Shown in pieces: positions 1 through 11,551 of a DNA stretch of 64,000 nucleotides (position 1 is the first letter of the stretch; every line of letters starts with the position of its first letter). The DNA lies in contig CAVVDA010000006.1 in the NCBI GenBank assembly GCA_963746875.1, positions 65,111 through 129,110 on the forward strand, in the 5' to 3' direction. Position numbers and translations under genes: made by a program. The notes under the pieces were generated by a model. It did no database searches and was not told the DNA's origin. It worked only from the letters and a program-made list of their open reading frames with translations. The DNA comes from Thermoanaerobaculia bacterium. Lineage in GTDB: Bacteria > Acidobacteriota > Thermoanaerobaculia > UBA5066.

Positions 1-96
1 CGCGGCGCGTCAGGCACTCCTCGTAGCGAAGCGCGCCGGAGGAAGAGCGAAACGCGGTGTGCGGCTTCGGCGGGCACCTCGCCGAGCTGCATCCGG

Positions 97-1268
97 TCAA
101 TCATCAGCCGACGACCTCGAGGGCGCCGGGGAGCCCTCGCGCTGCGTCGCCTCGATGGACTCGAAGAGCGCGCGGAAGTTGCCGTAGCCGAATCCGCGGT
201 CGCCCTCGCGCTGGATGATCTCGTAGAAGAAGGGGCCGGCCTTCTCGTCGCCGTACATCGCCATGGCGTCGAGCATGAAGATCTGGAGCATGTACTTGTC
301 GTCGGCGCCGTCCAGGAGGATGTGGTTGCGCCGAAGAGCGTCCATCGGCTCCTTGACGTTCGTGATCTTCACGTCCTCGAGGCGCTTCGGCAGCCGGTCG
401 TAGTAGGCGCCCGGAGCCTTCAGGAACTGAATGCCCTCCGCGCGAAGGGCCTCGACCGCGGGAATGATCTCCTTCACGAGGAACGCGATGTGCTGCACGC
501 CCGCGCCGTGATGGTCCTCGCAGAAACGGTTGATCTGGCTCTCGCGGAAGAACGGCCGCATGGGCTCGTTCGTGGCGAACTTCACGCCGCTCTCGGGATC
601 GGCCATGACGATGGACCGCAGGCCGGAGCCCGTCAGCCGGCTGGCCGCCCGCCATCTCGGCCGTGTGGAACTCGACGTCCCAGTAGTGCGTGAACCCGAG
701 GACGTCGCGGTACCAGTTCACGACGGGCAGCATCGTGTAGGCGTTCGACGTCACGTGGTCGATCGTCGCGAAGCCGTGCGGGTTCTCGCGCGGCTTCCCG
801 TCGCCCACGTCCTCGAAATCCGGCGCGAAGCGCGGGTATTTTCCCTTGCGCTCGATGAATCGGAACGTCACGTCGTCGAGCGGCGTCGCGATGTTGAACG
901 TCTTGAAGGTGCCGCCCGGAGCCTCGTCCACCGCGATGTCCGACAGGAACGTCGCGTTGCGCGCCGCCAGGAAATCCCAGGCGCCCTGGATGTCGCGCAC
1001 GCGGAGCGCGAGCGAGGAGATGCCGTCGGGATGGATCCTCAGGAAGCGCGCCGCGCGCGAGTCCTTCCGCTCCGGGCTGGAGACGAGGACGCGGATCTGT
1101 CCGGCGCCGAAGACGGACGCGACCTCGCCGCCCTTTTCGATCTTCGAAGCGGAGGCGCGCGCCACCTCGGAGAAGCCGAGCCCCGCGTAAAACCGGCGGC
1201 TCCGTGTCGAGATCGGCCACGACGAAGTGGAACGAGTCGTAGCCCACGATGCCGAGCGAATCGACCAT
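97..1268 (-). pseudogene. hppD: 4-hydroxyphenylpyruvate dioxygenase; reading frame broken twice as assembled
   Basis: ORF 97..606 holds the C-terminal half (HIAFLV, FLKAPGAYYDRL, QIFMLD, GPFFYEIIQREG, GFGYGNFRALFESIE). The N-terminal VOC domain continues in two other frames up to ATG 1268 (MVDSLGIVGYDSFHFVV; GFTHYWDVEFHTAEM). Frame switches lie near 648 and 1200. Confidence 0.85.
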
Positions 1269-1315
1269 AATGCGATCTTAGTCCGGGGGACCGCCGGGCG
1301 GGAAGACGGCCCGGC

Positions 1316-2602
1316 GTGGAAGGCGCGATGGATCCGCAACGCCTCGTGTACGACTGGAACCGGGCCGCGGGCGAGGGCCGGCCCCGGCACGTTCCCGTCG
1401 AGCTCGTCGACGAGACGCTTCGGGACGGGCTCCAGTCTCCCTCGGCGGTCGCGCCGACGCTCGAGGAGAAGTTCGAGCTTCTCGTCCTGATGGAGCGGCT
1501 CGGGGTCGACACGGCCGTCATCGGGATCCCGGCCGCGGGCGGCAGCTCCGTCGCGGACCTGGAGTGGCTCGTGCGGCGCATGACGGAGGCGCGGCTGTCG
1601 CTCGCGCCCTGCTGCGCGGCGCGCACGCTCGCGTCCGACATCGAGCCGATCATCGAGATCTCGCAGCACACGGGGCGGGCGCTGGAGATGACGACGTTCA
1701 TCGGGTCGTCGCCGATCCGGCAGTACGTGGAGGACTGGGACCTCTCGCGCATGATGAAGCTGACCCGCGACGCCGTGTCGCTCGGCGTCCGCAACTCCCT
1801 TCACGTCACGTTCGTCACCGAGGACACGACGCGCGCCCGCCCCGAGGATCTCGTCTCGCTCTACGGGACGGCCATCGCCGCGGGCGCCACGCGAATCTGC
1901 GTCTGCGACACGGTGGGCCACGCCACGCCCGAGGGCGCCGCCGCGCTCGTGGGCTTCCTCGCGGAGTTCGTGACGCGCGAGAACCCGGCCGTGCGCATCG
2001 ACTGGCACGGCCACGAGGACCGCGGGCTCTCGGTCGCGAACTCGCTCGCGGCGCTGCGCGCCGGGGCGCACCGGGTCCACGGCTGCGGGCTGGGAGTGGG
2101 GGAGCGCGTGGGAAACACGCCGCTCGACCAGCTCCTCGTGAACCTCCAGCTCCTCGGCTGGATCGACCGCGACCTCTCGGCCCTCGCCACGTACGTCGGG
2201 AAGGTCTCGGCCTACCTGAAAGTGCCGATCCCGGACGGCTACCCGGTGGTCGGGCGCGACGCTTTCCGGACCGGGACGGGCGTCCATGCGGCCGCGATCG
2301 TGAAGGCGCGCGCGAAGGGCGACGATTGGCTCGCGGACAGGATCTACTCGGGCGTGCCCGCGGGCATGGTCGGCCTCACGCAGGTCATCGAGGTGGGCCC
2401 GATGTCCGGCGAGTCGAACGTGTTCTTCTGGCTGCGGGCGCGCGGCATCGATCCGACGCCCGGGCGGGTCGCCGCGCTCTACCGGGCCGCGAAGGCCTCC
2501 GACCACGTCCTCTCGGAGTCGGAGATCCGCACGGTGCTTTCGGCCCTGCCGGACCCGGTCGCGGTCGGAAGCGCCCTCCCCGGAGGCCTTCCGCCGTCCT
2601 GA
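1316..2602 (+). CDS. HMGL-like synthase (2-isopropylmalate/citramalate/homocitrate synthase family)
   Basis: Intact 428-aa ORF with a DRE-TIM metallolyase signature (VDETLRDGLQSP), WHGHEDRGLSVANSLAAL and GERVGNTPLD. Divergent from hppD. Confidence 0.75.
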   Translation: MEGAMDPQRLVYDWNRAAGEGRPRHVPVELVDETLRDGLQSPSAVAPTLEEKFELLVLMERLGVDTAVIGIPAAGGSSVADLEWLVRRMTEARLSLAPCCAARTLASDIEPIIEISQHTGRALEMTTFIGSSPIRQYVEDWDLSRMMKLTRDAVSLGVRNSLHVTFVTEDTTRARPEDLVSLYGTAIAAGATRICVCDTVGHATPEGAAALVGFLAEFVTRENPAVRIDWHGHEDRGLSVANSLAALRAGAHRVHGCGLGVGERVGNTPLDQLLVNLQLLGWIDRDLSALATYVGKVSAYLKVPIPDGYPVVGRDAFRTGTGVHAAAIVKARAKGDDWLADRIYSGVPAGMVGLTQVIEVGPMSGESNVFFWLRARGIDPTPGRVAALYRAAKASDHVLSESEIRTVLSALPDPVAVGSALPGGLPPS

Positions 2603-2640
2603 GCGCGACGCTATGGGCGCGCCTTCCGTAGAATGGCTGA

Positions 2641-3569
2641 GTGAGTTCGGGATCTCCTGCCAAAGCGCCGGCCGGCGTCTTCTTTCAGAGGCACCTCCCG
2701 CTCTTCCTCGACTACCTCTCGGCGGAGAAGGGTCTCGCCCCGAACACGCTGGAGGCCTATCGGCCGCGATCTCGCGGGATTCGGCCGGTTCCTGGCGTCC
2801 TCGCGCACCGACCCCGAGGTCGTCACGCGCGGCGACATCGTGGCGTTTCTCGGCGCGAGGCGCGCGGACGGCATGTCGCCCCGCACGCTGGCGCGGGTGA
2901 CCTCGGCGCTGCGCGGCCTCTACGGGTTTCTCTCGGCGGAAAAGGTCCTCGCCGGCGGACCCGACGGCCGACCTCACGAACGCCCGCCGGTGGGCGATGC
3001 TCCCGAAGGTGCTGTCGCCCGAGGACGTGACGCGGCTGCTCGACACGCCCGACGTCTCGACGCCCAGGGGCCTCCGAAACCGGGCGCTGTTCGAGCTGCT
3101 CTACGCGTGCGGCCTCCGCGTCTCCGAGCTCGCCGCCCTTCCCGTGGAGGCGCTGCGCCTTCCGGAGGGGTTTCTCCTCGTTCGCGGCAAGGGCTCGAAG
3201 GAGCGCGTCGTGCCGATCGCCGACTCGTCCGCCCGCTGGGTCGCGCGCTACCTCGAGGCGGTCCGGGCCGAAAAGCCGGGCGCGGCGGGACGATGGGTCT
3301 TCCCCGGCGCGCGCGGGAAGCCGATCACGCGGCAGACGGTCTTCCTCGCGCTGAAGGCCGCCGCGCGGAAGGCGGGCCTGCCGGCGTCGGCCGTGTCGCC
3401 GCACGTCCTGAGGCACGCGTTCGCGACGCACCTCGTGGACAACGACGCCGACCTGCGCGCCGTGCAGATGATGCTCGGCCACGCCGACATCGCCACGACC
3501 GAGATCTACACTCACGTGTCCCGCTCGCGCGTCCGGAAGGTCTACGACCGGACGCACCCGCGGGCATAG
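2641..3569 (+). pseudogene. xerD: tyrosine recombinase XerD/XerC; two +1 frame switches
   Basis: N-terminal SAM-like domain (FLDYLSAEKGLAPNTLEAY, then RRDLAGFGRFL in the next frame). Catalytic domain intact in ORF 2997..3569 (RNRALFELLYACGLRVSEL, HVLRHAFATHL, LGHADIATTEIYTHV). Switches lie near 2763 and 2955; each is explained by one duplicated base. Confidence 0.85.
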
Positions 3570-3646
3570 CAGATGGACATGTCCGAAGAGAACCGGAAGA
3601 GGAGATTTTGCTTAAGAGGGAAACCGGAGAGACAGATCTCTGACGG

Positions 3647-4411
3647 GTGCTTCGCCTGCTGCCGGTCTGGAGCGGGCTCTTTCTCTCGTGCTTGCGGCGC
3701 CCTCCGCCGCCGCCTCCCTCGTCGTCTTCGAGGACGGGCGCCACATGCGGGTCGCGGACTACGAGGTCGTCGAGGACGACCGCCTCACGGTCGCGCTCGT
3801 GGGCGGCGGCTCGATGACGATCCCTCTCGACGTCGTCGAGCGCATCGTGGACGAGGAATACGAGCGCCCGGCGCCGCGCCCGAGAGCGCCGCCGACGGCC
3901 TCGCGGGCGAGGCGCTCGCGCCCGCGGTCAGTTCGCGCCTTCTCGGAGATCTCCTCTCCCTCGCGGGCCGCGTCTTCGCTCTTCGACACGTCCTCTTCTT
4001 CTGCCTCTTCGCCCTTCTCCTCCCAGATCCTCGAAGCGGCGAAGCAGCACCGGATCGACCCGGCTCTCATCGCCGCGGTCATCCGCGCGGAGTCGAACGG
4101 GTACCCGCGCGCCGTGTCGCGGAAGGGGGCGCGCGGGCTCATGCAGCTCATGCCGGCGACGGCGCGGCGGCTCGGCGTGAAGAGCGCGTTCGACCCGCGG
4201 GAGAACATCCGGGCGGGCACGGCCTACCTCGCCGAGCTCGCCGAGCGATTCGGCGAGACGAACGCGGACCTGATCCTCGCGGCGTACAACGCGGGAGAGC
4301 ACGCGGTCGAGGAGCACGGCGGCGTCCCGCCCTACCGCGAGACTCGCGACTACGTCAGGCGCGTTCTCGCGCTCTGGGGCTCGCCGGCGCTTTCGGCGCC
4401 CGGCGCTCTGA
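3647..4411 (+). pseudogene. soluble lytic murein transglycosylase (SLT domain) with probable signal peptide; ends uncertain
   Basis: SLT catalytic motifs in ORF 3688.. ([41 protein letters not shown]). A better signal peptide ([18 protein letters not shown] 3647) lies in the neighbouring frame. The SLT frame has no stop before guaA, so the true stop (possibly TGA 4409..4411) must lie in another frame. Confidence 0.65.
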
Positions 4412-4414
4412 CGA

Positions 4415-4980
4415 GTGTTCCGCATCGCGCGGGCGTTTCTCGTCGTGGCGCCCGCGGCGTTCGTGCTCGTGCTCGTCGCGTATCTCGCGGCGCATCCGCG
4501 CGCGGCCGAGTCCTTCGTCCCCTATCCGCTGCTGGCCGACGCGCTCGGCGCGGCCCTCTCGAAGCGGCCCTTCGTGCGGTTCATGCGCGGCCGCGATCGT
4601 GTTCTTCGTCCCTCTCTACCTCATGTCGGGCGTCCTGCTGCTCTTCGCCGACGCGGGGGTCTCGGCCGCGGCGCCTCTGTGGTCGCGCGGCCCGCGCCGG
4701 CGGGCCGACGCGCGATCCCTCCGGAGAGCCGCTGGGCGTTCCTCTCGACGACGGCTGCTCGCCGCGCTGGTGTTCGGCGTCTCCCTGCACCGCGTCGCGC
4801 ACGGCGGTGACCTGCCGGGCGGGATCAACGTGGGGCCGCTGCTCGTGGCGCTCGCCGCGTTCGCGGCGTTGCTCGCGGGTCTCGTCGTCGCCGGCTCTCG
4901 CCGCGATCCCGCGCGCGCTGATCGGCGCGCCTGCGCTCGCCCGCCTGAGCGCTCGCTGCGCCGTCCGTATACTCGGCGCC
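4415..4980 (+). pseudogene. hypothetical small polytopic membrane protein (frame-broken, boundaries uncertain)
   Basis: Hydrophobic segments are spread over three frames: [51 protein letters not shown] and [21 protein letters not shown]. No recognisable family. Confidence 0.3.
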
Positions 4981-6527
4981 GTGAACGCCAGCGCCGATAC
5001 GGTCGTCGTCCTCGACTTCGGCTCCCAGTACACCCAGGTGATCGCGCGGCGGATCCGCGAAGCGAGGGTGCGGTCGGTCGTCCTTCCGTTCGACGCGAAG
5101 GCGCGGGAGATCGCGGCGCTCGCTCCGAAGGGAATCGTCCTGTCGGGAGGTCCCTCGAGCGTGTACGACAAGGGAGCGCCGCAGGGGGACGCGGCGCTCT
5201 TCGATCTCGGCGTGCCCGTCCTCGGCCTGTGCTACGGGATGATGTGGATCGCGCAGCGCCTCGGCGGCCGGGTGGGCAGCGCACCGGGCCGCGAGTACGG
5301 CCGCGCTTCGGTGTCACGTGAGCGGCGGCCGGCTCTTCCGCGGCCTCGGCCCGATCGAGACGATCTGGATGAGCCACGGCGACCACGTCGAGGCCGCGCC
5401 CGCCGGGTTTCACCGTGACGGCTTGCACGGAGAACGCGCCCGTCGCCGCCTTCGAGGACGCCGACGCGCGGCCTCTACGGCATCCAGGGGCACCCGGAGG
5501 TTCACCACTCCGAGCACGGCGCCCAGATGCTCGAGAACTTCCTCTACGACGTCTGCGGCGCGAAGGCCTCGTGGACGATGGCCGGCGTTTCGCGACGCGA
5601 CCGTCGCGCGCCTGCGAGACGAGGTGACGCACGGCGTCGTCCTCGGCGCGCTGTCGGGAGGAGTCGACTCGACGGTCGCCGCGGTCCTGATCGCGCGAGG
5701 CGGTCGGCGACCGCTTTCGCGGCGTCTTCGTGGACACGGGCCTGCTGCGCAAGGACGAGGGGCGGCAGGTGCTCGAGGCGTTCCGGCATCTCGGCCTGCC
5801 CGTGACCGGCGTCGACGCGTCGGAGCGGTTCCTTTCGCGCCCTCGCGGGCGTGGCCGAGCCCGAGAGAAAGCGGAAGATCATCGGCGGCCTCTTCATCGA
5901 CGTCTTCACCGAGAACGCGAAGGCCGTGGACGGCGCGCGAGTGGCTGCTGCAGGGCACGCTCTATCCCGACGTGATCGAGTCGGTCTCGATCAAGGGGCC
6001 TTCGGCGGTCATCAAGACGCACCACAACGTCGGCGGGCTGCCCGGAGAAGCTCGGGTTCCGCCTGCTCGAGCCGCTCCGCGAGCTGTTCAAGGACGAGGT
6101 CCGGCGCCTCGGCGAGGAGCTGGGGATTCCGAAGGAGATGCTCTCCCGCCATCCGTTCCCGGGCCCCGGCCTCGCCGTGCGCATCCCCGGCGAGATCACG
6201 AAAGAGCGCGTGAGGATCCTGCAGGAGGCCGACGCGATCTTTCTCGAGGAGCTGCGGTCGGGCGGCTTCTACGAGAGGACCTCGCAGGCGTTCGCGGTGC
6301 TGCTGCCCGTGAAGAGCGTGGGCGTCATGGGCGACGGCCGCACCTACGAGAGCGTCGTCGCGCTGCGGGCGGTCACGACCGAGGACTTCATGACGGCCGA
6401 CTGGGCCCGCCTGCCGCACGACCTCCTCGACCGCGCCTCCCGCCGCATCGTGGGCGAGGTGCGCGGCGTGAACCGCGTCGTCTACGACGTCACGTCGAAG
6501 CCGCCCGGCACGATCGAGTGGGAGTGA
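4981..6527 (+). pseudogene. guaA: GMP synthase (glutamine-hydrolysing); about 8 frame switches
   Basis: GATase domain ([37 protein letters not shown]), ATP-PPase P-loop (LSGGVDSTV), C-terminal domain in ORF 6138..6527 ending KPPGTIEWE. The pieces follow frames 1,2,0,1,2,0,1,2,0, so every switch is +1. Confidence 0.9.
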
Positions 6528-6564
6528 GGATCTCGGTCGTCATTCCGGCGCGGTACAGGGCAAG

Positions 6565-9500
6565 ATGATCCGCGTGCCGTCGAAGGTCGCCGGCCTTCTC
6601 TTCTGCTCCGGTCTGACGGCGCTCATCTACCAGACGATCTGGTCCCGGCAATTCCGGCTGATCTTCGGCGCCTCCACGTATGCCACGGCAGCCGTGCTGG
6701 CCATCTTCATGGGAGGCCTGGGCGTCGGGAGTCTGCTGCTCGGCAGGCGCGCCGATGGCAAGGCGAGGCCGCTCGCGTTCTACGGGAATCTGGAGCTCCT
6801 GATCGCGACCACTGCTGCGCTGTCGCAACCGCTTCTCTGGATGGCCGGGAAGATCTACATCGCGCTGGGCGGTTCGGCGGTTCTCGGGCTGGGCGGCGCG
6901 TCCGTGCTTCGTCTCGCTCTGGCGGCCGTCGTCATCGGCACGCCGACGTTTCTCATGGGCGGTACGCTGCCGGCCGCCGCGCGTGCGATCGAGACGGGCG
7001 ACGATGTGAGGCGGCGGCGCGTGGCCCTGCTGTACGCGGCGAACACCGTGGGCGCCGTCGCGGGCGCTCTGCTCTCGACCTTCTGGCTGGTCGAGACATT
7101 CGGCAATCGCAAGACCCTGCTGATGGCCGCGCTCGTCAATCTCCTCGTTGGCGTCCTGGCGCGGGCCGCGGCCCGAAAGGAGACACCGCCGGGGGAGCCT
7201 GCCGTGCGCGCGCGGACGGGTGGCGCGCGCGGGCCCGTTCCGCCCCGATTCGTCTTCGGCGCCTCGGCGGTGGCCGGCTTCGCGTTCCTTCTGATGGAGA
7301 TGGTCTGGTACCGGATGCTGACGCCGCTGCTCGGCGGAACGACCTTCATGTTCGGGCTGGTGCTGGCCATCGCGCTGCTCGGAATCGGCGCCGGAGGGGC
7401 CGCGTATTCGTTCTGGCGCTCGGATCGCCCCGCATCGGCCGCGGCGTTCGCGCTGACCTGCGCGCTCGAGGCGGCGGCCATGGCGCTCCCTTTCGCTCTC
7501 GGCGACCGCCTCGCCATCTTCGCCAATTTTCTCCAGCCGCTCGGCCTCGTCGGCTTCGGTGGTCACGTCCTCTCGTGGGCGATGGTCACTCTGATCACGG
7601 TCTTTCCGGCCGCGTTCGTGTCCGGAATCCAGTTCCCGCTCCTGATCGGCCTTCTCGGCAGCGGCAGCGACGAGGTCGGGCGCGATGTCGGCGCGGCCTA
7701 CGCCTGGAACACCGCGGGGGCGATCGCCGGTTCGCTGGCAGGCGGTTTCGGCCTGATGCAACTTCTCTCGGCGCCCGGGATGCTGGCGCGTGGTCGTCGG
7801 CCTGCTCGCGGCGCTCGCGATCGGGACGGTCGTCCTCGGGGTGGCGGACCGCCGAACGGCGATCGCGATCACGGCGGCCGGATTCGCCGCAGCGGCGATC
7901 GCCGCGGACTTCGCCGCCGGCCCCACGGCGGTCTGGAGGCACACGGCGATCGGTTTCGGCCGCGGCCCGAACGTTCAGTCGCTCAACGAGCTGCGGGGTT
8001 GGGAGCGGACCACGCGTCGCACCCTCTTGTGGGACGCCGACGGGCGCGAGAGCGCGATCGCCTTGAGGAACGATCAGGACCTCTCGTTCTTCGTCAACGG
8101 CAAGTCCGACGGAGCGGCCGTCGGGGACGCCGGGACCCAGGTGATGGCCGGTCTCGTGGGTGCCGCCCTGCATGGCGAGCCCCGCTCGGCGCTGGTGATC
8201 GGCCTGGGGACCGGAAGCACGGCCGGATGGCTGGGCGCCGTCGGCTCCATCGAGCGTGTGGACGCGGTCGAGCTCGAGCCGGTCGTGCTGCGGGTCGCGG
8301 AGGCCTGCCGCACCGTCAACCACGAGGTGCTGCACAACCCGAAGGTCCGTGTCCGCATCGCCGACGCGCGCGAGACGCTTCTTGTCTCGCGCGACACGTA
8401 TGACCTGATTTTCTCCGAGCCGTCCAACCCGTACCGCGCCGGCGTTGCCAGCCTGTTCACGCGCGAGTTCTACGGCGCGGCGGCAGCGCGCCTGAACCGA
8501 GGCGGACTGTTCCTCCAGTGGGTGCAAGCCTACGAGATCGACGCCGATACTCTTCGCACCGTCTACGCCACGATCTCCTCGGCCTTTCCCCATACCGAAA
8601 CCTGGTGGACGTCCGGCGGCGATCTGCTTCTCCTGGCCAGCCGCGATCCCGTCATGCACGACGTGGACGTGCTGCGCCGCCGCCTGGCCACCGAGCCCCT
8701 GTCCAGCGCCATGCACAACGCGTGGCGAACGGAGACGGCCGAGGGGTTCCTGTCGCACTTCGTCGGCTCGGCGGCCGTCACCGCGGCGCTCAGCTCCGCG
8801 GCCGCAGGGCTGAACACCGACGATCAGACGCTCATCGAGTTCGGGTTCGCGCGGGCACTGGGCGACAAGTCGCCGATGCGCGTCTCCGAGCTGCTCGCGT
8901 TCGCGCAACGCGTTGGCGGCAACCGCCCCTCGCCGGTGCGCGGCGAGGTCGACTGGAGCTCCGTTGACCTCGAGCTGTCGACGGTGTCGCAGATCGCTTC
9001 CGGTATTCCGCACCTCACGCCGGAGCAGCGGTTTCACTGCGACTTCGACAAGGCCCATCAGGCGGGAAACGCGGACCTCGCGGTCCAGATCTGGGACCGC
9101 CATCAAAAATGGCAGCCGGTCAACACGCGCGAGCTGGCGGGCATCGCGGAGGAGCTGGCTGCGGCCGGCAGGGACGAGGCTGCTGCCCTGACCGACGCCC
9201 TGGCTCGCCTGCAACCGGCGGAGGCGGCGGCCATCCTGGCCCGGCTGCGTTTCCGGCAGGGCCGCTTGGAGGACGCGGCGCTCCTGCTGCGGGATGCCCT
9301 CACGCGATATCGCTCGACACCCTGGCCCGACCAGCAGGTGATGTGGCGCGGCATCCGGTTGGGCGCGATCCTGGCCGAGCGCGACCGGACGCTGGCCCAG
9401 CGGATGTCCGAGGTCCTTGGCGAGCCGTTCGCGGCGCGGCAGAACGACCAGGGACGAGCCATCGAGCGGATCCATGCGGCGTTTTGCGCCGGTGGATGCG

Positions 9501-9676
9501 CGCCGGAGACGATCGCGGCGCTGCGAGCGGTCGAGCCGCATGCACCGTGGCAGCGCGACCTCCTCCTGCTCCGCCGCGACTGCTACGGGAAAGCGGGTCT
9601 GGCGCCGCTCGCGGCAGCGGCCGGGAAGGACCTCGAGCTGTTCGCCTCGGCCGAGGCCCCGACGCTGTCGCGGTGA
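6565..9676 (+). pseudogene. fused polytopic membrane (MFS-like) / spermidine-synthase-like / helical-repeat protein; one frame switch near 7785
   Basis: N-terminal multi-TM region (LIYQTIWSRQFRLIFGAS, AANTVGAVAGALLSTF). SpeE-like methyltransferase fold in ORF 7790..9676 (ALVIGLGTGSTAGWL, VDAVELEPVV, YDLIFSEPSNPY). Long alpha-helical C-terminus. Confidence 0.7.
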
Positions 9677-9740
9677 CGGGCAGGCATGACAGCCGCGGCG
9701 CCCGCGGCGTGGCTCACCGGCATCTGGTAGCTTCCCTCCG

Positions 9741-10598
9741 ATGAAAGACAGGGCGATCCTCCTCATCAGGTGCCCGGACCGCCCGGGCATCGTGGCGACC
9801 GTTTCGTCTTTCCTCTATCGGCATGGCGCGAACATCGTCGAGCTCGACCAGCACTCCACCGAAGACGATCCCGGCGTCTACTTCATGCGCCTGGAGCTGC
9901 AGACCGCGCGTCTCGTCGTGCCGCTCGACACGCTCCGTGGGGCCCTCGCGGGCGAGGTGGCGCGGCCCTTCGGCATGGAGTGGAGGCTCGAGCAGGGGAG
10001 CGAGCGCAAGCGCGTGGCGGTGATGGTCTCCAGGCACGACCACGCTCTCATGGAGCTCCTGTGGGCCTGGAAGCGCGGCGACCTTCACGCGCACGTGGAT
10101 CTCGTGCTGTCGAATCACCCCGACCTGCGCGAGCAGGTCGAGGCGTTCGGCGTGCCGTTCCACCATGTCGCGAACGGCCGCGAAAGCCGCGCGGAGGCCG
10201 AGAGCGAGATCCTGACGCTCCTCGACGGCAAGGCCGATCTGGTCGTGCTGGCCCGTTACATGCAGATCCTGTCGCCCGAGTTCGTGGCGCACTTCCCGAA
10301 CCGGATCATCAACATCCATCACTCGTTCCTGCCCGCCTTCGCCGGCGCCGACCCCTACCGGCAGGCCTGGGAGCGCGGTGTGAAGATCGTGGGGGCGACG
10401 GCGCATTACGTGACGGCCGACCTCGACGCCGGACCGATCATCGAGCAGGACGTCGGCCGCGTTTCGCACCGGCACTCGGTCGAGGATCTGAAGGCGATGG
10501 GGCGCGACCTGGAGCGGCGCGTCCTCGCCCGGGCCGTGAAATGGCACTGCGAGAACCGGGTCATCGTGCACGAGAACAAGACGGTGGTGTTCGTATAG
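9741..10598 (+). CDS. purU: formyltetrahydrofolate deformylase
   Basis: Intact 285-aa ORF with an ACT domain (ILLIRCPDRPGIVATVSSFL) and a formyltransferase core (VVLARYMQILSPEF, NIHHSFLPAFAGADPY, GATAHYVTADLDAGPII). Confidence 0.9.
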   Translation: MKDRAILLIRCPDRPGIVATVSSFLYRHGANIVELDQHSTEDDPGVYFMRLELQTARLVVPLDTLRGALAGEVARPFGMEWRLEQGSERKRVAVMVSRHDHALMELLWAWKRGDLHAHVDLVLSNHPDLREQVEAFGVPFHHVANGRESRAEAESEILTLLDGKADLVVLARYMQILSPEFVAHFPNRIINIHHSFLPAFAGADPYRQAWERGVKIVGATAHYVTADLDAGPIIEQDVGRVSHRHSVEDLKAMGRDLERRVLARAVKWHCENRVIVHENKTVVFV

Positions 10599-10618
10599 CT
10601 TCCCCCGAAGCCTCGCCG

Positions 10619-11516
10619 ATGGTGAATCCCTCGCACGAGCAGATCCGCGCGGATCTGGCCGGATTTCTCTCTCAGCTCCAGGACCGGATCTGCGCGACGC
10701 TCGAGAGCCTCGACGGGCGAGGCCGGTTCGCGAGCGATGCCGTGGCAGCGGCCCGGGGGAGGCGGCGGCGTGACCCGGGTCGTGCACGACGGGGAGCTGC
10801 TGGAAAAGGCGGGCGTGTCTTTCTCCGACGTCCACGGCGAGCTGCCCGAGGCCTTCGCGCGCCGGCTGGCCGGCGAGGGCCGCGCCTTCGCGGCGGTCGG
10901 GCTCTCCCTCGTGCTGCACCCGAGGAGCCCGTTCGTCCCCACGACTCACGCCAACTTCCGCTTCATCGTCCAGGGGGAAAAGGCCTGGTTCGGCGGCGGG
11001 AGCGATCTCACGCCCTACTACCTCTTCGAGGAGGACGCGGCCCACTTCCACCGCACGTTCCGGGCTGCCTGCGACAGGCACGACCCCGGGTACTACCCGC
11101 GATTCAAGCAGGCCTGCGATCGTTACTTCTACCTGCCTCACCGGGCCGAGACGCGCGGCGTGGGCGGCATCTTCTTCGAGGACATGGGGGGAGAGCCGGC
11201 GCGCGAGCTCGAGTTCCTGAAGGACTGCGCCGACAGCTTCCTGCCGGCGTGGGTGCCCATCGCGGAGCGCCGCCGCGGGCTGCCGTTCGGCGAAGCGCAG
11301 CGCGAGTGGCAGGAGATCAGGCGCGGCCGGTACGTGGAGTTCAACCTCCTTTACGACCGGGGAACCGTCTTCGGCCTCGAGACCGGCGGGCGGACGGAGT
11401 CCATCCTGATGTCGCTCCCGCCGAGCGTCCGCTGGGTCTACGATCATCGCCCCGATCCGGGCAGCGACGAGGCGACGCTGCTCGACGCGCTGCGGCATCC
11501 GCGGGATTGGGCCTAG
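10619..11516 (+). pseudogene. hemF: oxygen-dependent coproporphyrinogen III oxidase; one +1 switch near 10740
   Basis: ORF 10737..11516 carries HPRSPFVPTTHANFRF, YYLFEEDAAHFH, RGVGGIFFED and RGRYVEFNLLYDRGTVFGL. The first ~39 codons (ATG 10619, MVNPSHEQIRADLAGFL) are in the preceding frame. Confidence 0.88.
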
Positions 11517-11551
11517 TCGCGCCCCGCCCTTCCTGGCGCGCCCGTGTACCG

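Noticed and set aside
1-83. Possible start of another minus-strand gene (ATG at 83..81, MQLGEVPAEAAHRVSLF...) running off the left edge.
   Set aside because: Only about 27 codons are visible, there is no recognisable motif, and the frame is not trustworthy in this assembly. This is too little to call.
104-3046. 980-aa ORF on the minus strand, with similar giants at 7595..9790(-), 9714..12278(-), 9770..12754(+), 25899..28322(+), 38116..39828(-), 40200..43172(+) and 52296..54512(-).
   Set aside because: These are Arg/Gly/Pro/Asp-rich low-complexity translations lying antisense to, or out of frame with, clearly recognisable genes. Stop-poor shadow frames of this kind are typical of very GC-rich DNA. 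Only short stretches of some (for example the hppD N-terminus inside 104..3046) are real coding sequence.
2641-3569. The tyrosine recombinase as a marker of an integrated mobile element or genomic island.
   Set aside because: The sequence is a canonical chromosomal XerD type. I saw no flanking att-like repeats, tRNA gene, integrase-associated cargo or transposase.
4981-6527. Genuine pseudogenisation, programmed ribosomal frameshifting or transcriptional slippage as the explanation for the broken genes (guaA as the example).
   Set aside because: The breaks hit many essential single-copy genes at once. They have no shared slippery heptamer or downstream structure, and they are simple base duplications in G/C context. 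Systematic sequencing or consensus error is far more parsimonious.
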